From Camelus dromedarius (lineage: Eukaryota): DNA of 64,000 nt. This document shows positions 1 to 10,400 of this stretch, one piece after another. Each line of letters opens with the position of its first letter. Position 1 is the stretch's first letter. The translations under genes were made by a program, and so were the position numbers. Under the pieces are notes generated by a model. It had not been told where the DNA came from and did no database searches. It worked only from the letters and a program-made list of their open reading frames with translations. The DNA lies in NCBI RefSeq assembly GCF_036321535.1, contig NC_087437.1:21020001-21084000 (forward strand). The letters are read 5' to 3'.

Positions 1-400
1 CTCATATAGAAAAATAAGGCTGATGGTAGTTGTGACCATAAGAATCGACACGATAGCTAGAAGTAGGCTTAGAGGGAGGTTATGTAGTGTAAAGAGAGGA
101 GTTGACTGAGAGTGAATCCAGCAGTAGAGGTAGAATAACATGTGAGGAAGACATGAAGGAGACAGGTAAGTCGTATGAGGGAAATTAGGAGAGTGAGGTC
201 AAGGAAACCAAGAGAGAAGGTTTCAAGGAGAGATTGATCAGGAATATTGCATGCAACCAAGAAGTCCGGCAAGAAGAGCCCTGAAAAATATGGATATCAT
301 TTGACCTTAATGAGAAGAGTTTCTATAGAGTAAGTGTAGCAACAACTAGATTTCAGTGGGGTAAGAAGTGAAAGGTCAAGAAATTTTGAGAGGCAAACAG
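1..400 (-). mobile_element. L2 LINE remnant
   Basis: Purine-rich L2-like segments (gagtgaggtcaagg...atttgacc...agagtttctatagagt...agatttcagtggg). Confidence 0.55.
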
Positions 401-404
401 AAAA

Positions 405-2430
405 GTTAAACTCTTCTCATTATTATAAAATAATCTGCTTCATTCTGATATTGGTAATATTCTTTGTTGTGAAATCTGCTTTATTTGATATTAATATAGC
501 CACTCTGGATGGATGGCTGACTGGTTTATTTTCTTCTTTTTTTATGTTTCTAATTTAAATTTAGTATTACAAGATTTTTAATCTAACTTTGACTTTATAC
601 TTCTGTCTTTCCTGTTACATTGAAAATCTTAATCCCTTACATTACATCATTACTTAACAACATTAACATAGTTACTTATATTTACATTGTCTTGTAAGAT
701 ACAGAAAATAGATTCAAAATAGTAATATCAACATTACCACTGATAATTAGGTTAACTGAAGTTTTAGATTTTACTGTTCTGTTTGTTTTAAGAATATATA
801 ATACTAAGAATGTAGAGTCAAATACTGCGCTCTCGTCCTTTGAACTAATTCTCTCTCTCTCTTTTTTTAATGTAGTTTCTCTGTTATTTTAAAGGGTTAT
901 TTCCTAAGTTTGATTTTACTTTTGAAATGTATGTTTCCAAAGTCAGAACTATGTAAGGTATATTTGGGCAAGTCCATTTCCAGTCCTTTACCCTCTTTAC
1001 TCCTGTATTTAAAAGTTTTTGTCTTTCTTTCCAGTATTTTTGCACATATAAGCAAAAAATATTTACACACATAGATAAAACAATTCATGTTTCCTACCCC
1101 ATTCTTACACAACATATAGTGTTCTGTAACTTCCTCTTTTTTCATGTAAGAATATATCCTAAAGATCACTCTATATCAGAGTAATTAGAGAATAGAGATT
1201 TACTTCATTCTTTTTGACAACTACATAGAATTAGATCATATAGATTCACTATAATTTATTCAACTAGACCCTTACTAATGGACATTTTGTTGTTGTTACT
1301 CATTGAATCTTTCTCTTAATTAGTATTAGCATGGTATACATTTTTCCACTCTTTTACTTTTAACCTAATTTTATCTTACATTTAAAGGAGTTTCTTAAAA
1401 TCAGCATATAATTTTTGTTTTGTCCAATCTGAAAATCTCTGCTTTTAATTGTCATGTTTAGACCATTTATATATCTATTTATTATGTATCTATTACTCTA
1501 TCTTCATGTTTGCTAATCTTTTCTTCTGTCATATCTAATCTTTTAATCCCACTCAGTGTGTTTTTCATGTCAGACCTTGTATTTTTCATCTCTAGATATT
1601 CAATTTTTAAAGTGTCCTTTGTCTCTCCCGAATGTATGAAATACAGTTGTACTTGTTTCATAATGGCCTTGTCTATGTATTCTATCCCCCGTGTCATTTC
1701 TGGATCTATTACTATTGATTCATTTTTCTTCTTCATCGTGGGTCATATTTCTTGATTCTTCATGTTCCTGATTATTTTCTTTTGGATGCTAGACTTTGTG
1801 TAGTTGCTGGATATTTTTATATTCCTGTGAGTATATTTGAAGGCTCAGTGAAGTTACTTGGAAGCAGTTGGTTCATTTGTGGTTTGCTTTTAAGCTTTGT
1901 CAGTTGGAGCAATAGTAGCCTTAGTCCAGGGCCGATATTTTCCCACTGTTGAAGCAGCACCCATGAATTACCAAGTGGCCCATCCCTCTGCTCTTTTTTG
2001 TTTTTTAAACATACACATGTATTTATTTTTCTTTTCAGATTCTTTCCCGTTATACTCTCCGCTCTTTTCTAATGGTTCTTTCCCCAGCCTCAGATAGTTT
2101 CCTCACATGTGTATGCTTATCAGCAGTCAGCTGAAGACTCTAGAGGGGGATTTTTTGTGGCTTTCCGGAGGCTTCTTTCTCTCTGTGCAGCTTTCCTTCT
2201 TCCAGGACTCTGCCCAGAGAACTCTCATCACTTTGGCCTTCCCCAGCTGACAGCTCTCTGTTTTTTCACAGGGAGACCATCTGAAAGTGGGCTGGGACAG
2301 TTGGAGGGCTCACCTTGTTTGTTCCCCACTCACAGATCACTGTCCTGCATTGCTGATTTTACCCATTTTTTTAAGTTCTTTGAGGTGGCAGGGTAAATCC
2401 ATTCCCTGTTACTCCCTGTACTATGTACTC
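405..2430 (-). mobile_element. Ancient L1 (L1M) fragments, antisense, including ORF1 coiled-coil relic
   Basis: Minus ORF 1482-1736 gives EMKNTRSDMKNTLSGIKRLDMTEEKISKHED (L1 ORF1p-like); T-rich L1 antisense texture. Confidence 0.65.
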
Positions 2431-3109
2431 CTGTATGTAGAAGCTAATATTTGTCTTTTAGTTAAAAACAAACAAAAAAATCCAAGGAAAAGAATGGGTC
2501 ATTCTGTATTATAAAGAAACTTGGACTAAATTTATTTTCCTTTGTGATTTCTAGAAAATGTGTTCATATCAAATGCTTTATATGTCATATATAAATAAAA
2601 TACAAGATAATTTAGTGTACTAAGTTTATTTTAACATTTGTTTCTGGCTCATCCATGGTTTATGATGTAAAATTGCTTGCCTTACCAATTAGAAGAATAG
2701 TTATATCCTAGGTAATTTGGAAAACATTTTATATATATATGTAACAAATAAAACAATCTGGATTTAATAGTATTACTAAGTTTGTTTCAATTTTTAAACT
2801 TAACATTTAAAAATTAAGAGTACTTCTGATGATTTTTATAAATTCATACTTTTGGCTTGTGGGCATTTTTTTTGAGGGGGGTTTGGCTTTGTTTGTTTGT
2901 TTGTTTATGGGTATCCTTTTGGAGGTCTTTGTATACTGAACTGAAGTTTTCTCAGTGCTTTTGTACCTCATAAAATTATGGTGAATTTCTGTAATTAAGA
3001 TTTCTCATTATTAGTGCTTACATGAGATAAATTTGGTATTAACAAGGAAAGTAATACAATATATTCAGGCACAGTGGGAATGTTGGAGGACCCCGGACTT
3101 TAGAAACAG

Positions 3110-3310
3110 GATTAAGAAAGTGGGAGTTGAGTCTTGGCCCACTTCTGAGAAGCTGTGCTGCCTCTTTAGTCTTGTTTTGTTACTTTCTCACATAACCTTT
3201 CTGAGCTTTACTTTCTTCTTTAAAATGTTGTGGTGATGCTCTTCTCAAAGGTAGTTGTGAGAATTAGATGGCATTTTTGTGAAAATAAATAGTAAACTGC
3301 AAATACTGTG
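3110..3310 (+). mobile_element. MIR SINE remnant
   Basis: gagtcttggcccact...aaaatg...aggtagttgtgagaattagatg resembles the MIR core. Confidence 0.55.
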
Positions 3311-4348
3311 TAAAAATCAGGTATCATTTTGAGGTTTACCCTGAGAAGTGTAAATTTCAAACAGTACGCACAGTGGGAAAATCTGACTGTACCTAAGCCT
3401 GACATTAACAGTCAGAATTACCATCTTGGCCTGTGCTTTCTTTGGTTAGTTTCAGAAATGTTTTAACTTTGATTTTTGATACCCAACTTAATAGAAATGA
3501 GTCATATTATCATTTGTTTCTTTACTCGTCAGTGCACCATTTGCACTTCACCCACGTATATGATCTGTGGGGTTGTGGAGAGAAATTAGGATGTTGCTCA
3601 GTAGCCCACATCTTTCAACAAAGAATACGTTTCTCCAGCACTCATGAGTTTTTTTCAGGCATTAGGAAATGCACTTAGATGCTAACCTAGATTCATGAAC
3701 TCAGTAATTTAGTGAGAAAATTTGAGGAGCAGGTCATTAAGTTAGATTCTGTATTCTCTGTAAATACCAATGACTATTACCCATGGAGTGGATGAGATAA
3801 TGTTGTTTTTTTATGGTCTAAAGCATTTTCTGCAGAATGTTGCAGGAGCTGTTACTGAGAGTCAGAATAAAAGGCTACATACAGAATTGTGTGCGGTTTG
3901 CCCTTTATTTATGAATCAGATTTTAAGTGGAAACCACAGTTGTTTCCTTGTTTCTCATTCATGCTCTAGCAGAGCATACGATGCCACAGATCTGACTTGG
4001 TTTGTAGTTTCTCCTTTAAGGTTCATACCGCTTTCTTTTCCTTTTTAGAAGCCACAGCAGTTTTAATGTATAATTAAACCACAGAGTGTACCTTGTTGGG
4101 TACTTTGTGTGCTAAACGTTATTTGGTAGTCTTAGTACTGACTGTGGTGGTCTGGTCCTATTTTGGAAATACACGTAAGTAAATAAGTGCGTACATACAT
4201 ATGTTTGGCTTAGGTGATACACAGGCATACTATTGCAGACGTGGAAAACAGCTATAACCCTTTGAATATATTAATTTGTATTTAAAGATAATGTTTTATG
4301 TTGTTTAATTTGAATGTAATACCTTAATTTTCCTTTGTTCTTCCTTAG

Positions 4349-4432
4349 CATCAAGGCATGCCATGGGTTGCCTCTCATAAATGGACAAAGCTGTGACCCT
4401 TATGCAACAGTTTCTCTAGTGGGCCCTTCTAG
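4349..4432 (+). CDS. RASA2: RASA2 exon (human exon 6 equivalent), 84 bp, start of C2B
   Basis: ttccttag|C ATC AAG GCA TGC...CCT TCT AG|gtaatg; [27 protein letters not shown]. Confidence 0.96.
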
Positions 4433-7400
4433 GTAATGTTTATTGAATTATTACTAGATTTTTAGTTTTAAAGTTCAAGAATTACAAAATCAAGGTTTTA
4501 AGAGCACATGCTAAATACCTATTTATGACACAAAGTAATGAACGCTTTGAAAGAAAGATCTTTAGTTCTGTTATACAGTTGCAACCAACCAGCTCCTGTT
4601 TTTGTAAAAGAAAATGGGTGCCATTTCAAATCTGCCAGACTCTCAGGCTTTGGGAAGCAACCTCAATTTTATAGTGGTTAAAATGTACTCTAAAACATAA
4701 ATTTGACCTTCTTCATTTATCATCAGCTGTCCTGCTTTCAAATGTATTACATGTTATTGCAGGTAAAATCCTATTTTAATAAATGCTATCTCAGAATAGC
4801 AGGGAAATTTCCATATTTTTATCTGGAAAGCAGCTCAAAACTAAGAATACCTTTTCTCCTCATGGTATCTGTGCTCCTCAGAGAGAATTCCAAGCCACAG
4901 ACAAACTGCTCAAGTCAGAATACGGTGAAGTACACTGTGTCATTGATTTAAATTACTCACGATAATTTATGGAACATCTATAGCACTTTGTAGTAGTTTG
5001 TATTTTATAACTTCATTATGGTTTCTTTCAGAGCCTGACTAGTCTGAAATTTGTCTACAACTTAAAGGTTTAGAATCAGGAAACAAAAAGCACAATTTTC
5101 CCTCTACACAAACGCATATATACGCACACACACCTTCTTCCCAACCCCAAGCTCTCTAGGTACTTTTATTTTTTTATAAAGTCACCAGTAAGTCACTTTG
5201 AAAAATGTATCTGTCTCCACGTATGTAAAGTACCTAGCACCATACCTGGCACTTATTAGATGTTCAAACAATAGTATCCTATTATTACCATAGATGGTTT
5301 TAAATTTAAAAGCTGATACTCAGTTCTGTAGCACGCATGCTATCAGAGGGATTTAATTTGCATGTTAAAAACGCTTAATCTAGTGGAGCTGTTTTGGGGT
5401 TTTGTTCTTGTTTATAATCTGTACCTGACAGATTCTTTAGTGTAATTGTTCAGTAATATACAGCTAGAAACTATTGGCAAATTAATTTGTTTTAAAAAAA
5501 TCACTATTGGTTTTGATATTATACTGTAGTTGTATAAGATGTTAACTTTGGGGGAGGCTGGGGAAAGGCTACATGGGACTTCCCTGTACGTTTCTTTGCA
5601 ACCTCCTCTGAATCTATAATTATTTCAAAATAAGAAGTTTTTCAAAAAGCCACATTGTAGCTGAAGCCCAAGAAGTAAGCTGAGTTAAGAATGCTTTCCG
5701 TGTTCCTCGGGTATTATTCAACATAGATAAAGGTACTCTGACTCTCATTGTTTTCCTTCTATCATTTATTTTGAGTTGCTTATATAATAGAATGTGTTCC
5801 TAAGAACCCCTGAAGTAAGCTTGGCAGTCAATCTAGTACAGCCAAGAGACAGAATAATAAAATCTTGGCATATGTCAGATATACAAAACTTGTGTATTCT
5901 TTGATTAGAGTTTTTAGAGACACCTCAGTTTTTTTTCCCCAATTAATATTTAAAACTACGGCCTTCCCTGAGTCATCTTAACAGTTAAACAGAGGTCAGG
6001 CTCCCTGGTTGGAATTAGCATGTTTTATAATTGTGTACTGTTAAGTTCTACAAGGTAAAACTCTACCACATTGGAACAGGAATGACCAAAAGAAGACAAA
6101 AGTAAAGAAGAAAACAAGCAACCCGCAGTTTAATGAAATCTTTTATTTTGAGGTAACTTTTTGTTTTATTTAATTGTTGACATTGACTGTTGAATGCTGT
6201 TTTACTTTCTTTTTTCATATCCTGGCTATAATAATCATTTTATGAACTAGTGCAACTGAGCATTTCTCTCCTGAAAGCAGTAGAACCAGGGTGTAATACA
6301 GTGGAGGCCCAGTGCATAAAACAAACAAAGGCAGAGCTCTGATTGATTTGAGGATAGAGAGGTCTAGGACCGCACCCAGTCAGCATCACACCCTACTTCG
6401 AACACATCCCCCCACCCAACCCCCGACCTGACGTGCAGTGGCCACAGAACTCTCCTGCACGGAACTGTTTGAAAACCACTAGTGAAATAGGTATGATATC
6501 ACTTGGCAGATCTGAGTTATAGTCTCATTTGAGTTTTAACAAATCACTCAATGGGAGACTTAACTTTCTCATCCTGTGAAAGGATAATTTTGTACGAGAA
6601 AACAGCAGCAGCCCTACCTGACTCCGAAGAGTTTTTATGAGGTTCCAATGGAAAAATGTTTTGAGATTATAAAGTACTATATGATTAGGGCCTTATTATT
6701 AACATCTTTTTAGCTAAATCACTCTGGACACATGCTTATTTCCGTGGAGAACTTCAGCTGCCTTGAAACTGTCCCAGATACAGTGCTTTGGAGTTCTTTA
6801 TTGTGGAGCATTTGGTAAAGAAATCCTTTTCCGTATTATTTGAAAACCACAGGAAAAAGCAAAAATAATCAAACTCTCTATTCTAAAAGACTGTGTTCTA
6901 ACCATAGATGTTGCAGTTGAGATTAACTTGTAGGGAAGATTTGAAAAAAAAAAAGGGTTACATTTTGTGCTTTTTCTTCTTTTTGTGTGTGTTTTTCTTG
7001 GTATTTCAAAGTGAAGATAGTGAAAGCACATCTAACCATGCCTGATTACTGTACATTAATAGAGGAACACAGGTTGAAGAAATGGCAGAATCAAAGTAGG
7101 AAGAATTGTGGAGGTGGAGGCAAGGGGAAAAGAGAAACAAAAGGAAATGCACCAATGTCAGGGTTTTCTGTTCCCCTGTTAAGGACTCATGTAGTTCAGT
7201 TCTACATTTAAAAATGGCTGCTGTATCTAGCTAGCCTGCAGAAAACAAAGGGGCAACTGCAGCAAGCAGATGGCCCTTTGAAGGTCAAGGCCTGACTTGT
7301 TTGCTATCTGCAAGTGTACCTATTAGGCCTTGAAACGTTCATTCAAAGGACCCTTTGTTGAGCTGATTATAAAGATAAGGTTCAATCTTTGTCATCTAGC

Positions 7401-10400
7401 TAGAGCAAGAGACCCAAAGCGTGCACACACACATACACACACAGCAGTAAAACACAGCAGTAGATATTGGGGAGCTCCGTTCCAGCTGAGTTAAGCCAGA
7501 GGAAAAAGTATTAGAGAAGGAACATTCTGAGCAGAGATATAGAGACAGAAAAACAAAGTTATGTCCAAAGAGCAGCAAGTAGTGATTTGACTGAAAGTTT
7601 TATATAAGAGAATAATGGGAACTAAGCTTAAGAAGATAGAGTAGGACTGACTAACGAAAGCCTTGAGAGCCAGGCTGCAGTGCTGTGTTAGCCACTGAAT
7701 GTTTTTGAACCTTAAGTAATAAGAGTAATGCAGTGTTTGGGGAAGAATTAATCATGATCTGTGGGCCAGATGGCTGAGAGAGAACAGAGATCAAGAGACT
7801 GTTGCAGTTTAGGTGTTTGAAAAAAAAAGGGGGGGTGGGGAGGAAGAGAGGGGTCTGAGCCAAGAGAGTAATATGGAAATAGAGAGGAAGAGACAGAAGA
7901 GAAAGAAACTACAAATGACAAGGTAATGAACTGGTTATAGAAGAAAGGATAAAAGGAGGAGTCAAATGTCCTTATGGTTTCAGATCTGGAAAAATAGAAA
8001 AGTTAAGAAGGAAAACATGAGTGATTCAGTTTGGGACTTAATGAGCTTTGAGGTCTGACATGTAAAATCCTCCCATAGGAAGTTCATGATGACGATGGGT
8101 GATGGTTGTAGATACTCAAGATTTGCTTACAGAGTCAAGAAAGAAAGCCAGGGGAGTAGAGGTACACAGTAAAGGAGAAAAGTGAAGAAGCTCACTGCCA
8201 CATATGAAGTATTCAGCTTGAATATGTCTCTTAATTTCTGTACTTCAGCTTCCTCATTTTTGAGATGAGGATAAAAAATCTAGCCCTGCCTGCTTCAGAG
8301 CAGTGTTCTGATGAACAAAAGAGATAATGGGTGTGAAAGCACTTTGTAAACTGTACAGCACTGTGCAGCTCTTAGAGCAAAATAAAAGATAAAACCCTGG
8401 AACAGACCCCTGTTTATAGGTTCTGAGGAAGAAGAGGTACCAGAGGAAGAAGCACAGAGAGCAGAAGGTGGCTGGGATAGTGCTGGGCGCACTCAAAGGA
8501 AAGAGTATCTCTGGGAAGAGCAGGGATGGTTGTCTGGTCAGTCGTTCAGATAAAGGAGTCATGGAAAGTGAGAACTAAAAATTCATCATCAGACTTGGTG
8601 ATTAGAGAGAGGTTTTAGGAGGGTGATCTGTGAGGAAGCCAGATTATAAGGAGTTACAGTCATGAGTGGGTGGTGAGGAAGTGGAGGCTGTAAGAATGGA
8701 TTACAGTTTTAAGATATTTGTCTGTGAAAGGAAAGAGATAGAAGAACCGTAATTTAAGGGGAGAATTTTTCTGAGACTTGAATGAGGTGAACAGTCTGGT
8801 AAAGAAAGCTGTAATTAAAATAGATCGAATGCTTACTGTGTGTTTACTGCCTACTGTGTGGGTGGAGTAGTCTTAGGAAAGAGGAGGATCATCTCATCCT
8901 TGTCAAGTAGAAGGACCTGTGTGGGGACGGACGTGTTCAGGTGCACAGTAGTTGAGGAAGTTCCTGCCAGTGGCCTTGATGTTTTCAGTAAAAATGTGAG
9001 GAGGAAGTGTGAGGGTGACATTGGTATCTTGAGAAATGTGGGAGAGTCTTCAAACAGTTCCTAGCCTGTGCAGCTTTACTGAAATAGAACACTTTTACTC
9101 TGAGTCACCAGCAGATTACATGTGAACCAGAGAACCCAGTGCTGCTATATTTGAGTTGATAAGGAAGGGTACAGAGGCAAGGTGGAATTTGATATTTTTA
9201 CACCACCTTATTCTTACCTCTCTGCTACTTCCGTAGCTGTTTTTGTATTTAGCTTTTGGGTAAAATGTTCCTTAGATATTTTCCTATGTTTATGATAAAC
9301 ACAATTGAACATTTTAAGGATGATAGTTTTTATTTAAGTTCATGTAGGAAAAATATATTAGAAAAAAATTTTTTACTAAAATATTTTGTTTACAGGTAAC
9401 CAGATCCAGTAGTTACACCAGAAAGTCCCAGTTCCAGGTAGAAGAGGAGGATATTGAAAAGCTAGAAATTAGGTATGTGTCTTGTGGTTTTACAGAATTG
9501 CTTTTTTACTGTGCCAAAAGAAAATCCTAAATTTAACTGAAAAAAGTGAGTCAAGCCTAACAGAATTCTCCTTAGCAAGTTAATTGATAAAAGTTAGAGG
9601 AATGTGCATCTAATTTAAATCCAAATTATCTTTTCAAAATCTGGTATTCTTGCAGAAATAGTCAAGGTGTATTTATTTGATAAACAAAGATGACCTAATT
9701 TTCACCTATTTTATTTTTTATTTTTTCCAAATTTAAGTGCTCCTTAAATTTCTAAATCATAGCATAATGGATGGAAGAAAAAAATATGTAGAAAAGTAAT
9801 TATATATTAGCCAATTTAGAAATAATTTTTTTATTCTTCTTAACATATCTGCTGTCTAACAGAAATTTCAGTGAGGTAAGAAGTCTTGTAAGATAATTCA
9901 ACAGGTGCATGTGTTTGAAGTTTGTGCTATTTCCTAGGTATTAAATATCTATGCTGTTTGGGAGGGGAAAGTTTTGTAAATGCATGTATAGGTGTGGTGT
10001 TAACAGTGTGTTCATCTAAAGGGTGTATTAATCACATGTTTGGAATGATCAGGTAATGTATTTTTCTAAATCACCCATCTTTACATATTAACTGGTTTTA
10101 ATTGAGAAAGAAACTGTAGTCTTGTGTTGGTTTCTTTTCTCAAATTCAAAAAAGTAACTCTGTAGTCCTTATTGCTACAGATTAAAATAAAGCCTAGACT
10201 TTGAAACTAAGAAGCTTAAATGCTTTCTTTTAGATTATTTAAGATAATTACTTTCTGTGCTGTTAAATAAAAGCTACTGCAGTATTCTGCTCTCTTAGTT
10301 TAGATGGTGAGATATATGACAATGCTAACATCCCTTTTAAGCATGTAAAATCACGTGTCTGGTACTTTCGCCATAAGCATCTTTGCCATAGATATTTTTG

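Noticed and set aside
4703..4965. Possible extra exon or ORF in intron 6
   Set aside because: RASA2 exons 6 and 7 already join in frame; no recognisable homology or convincing splice pair.
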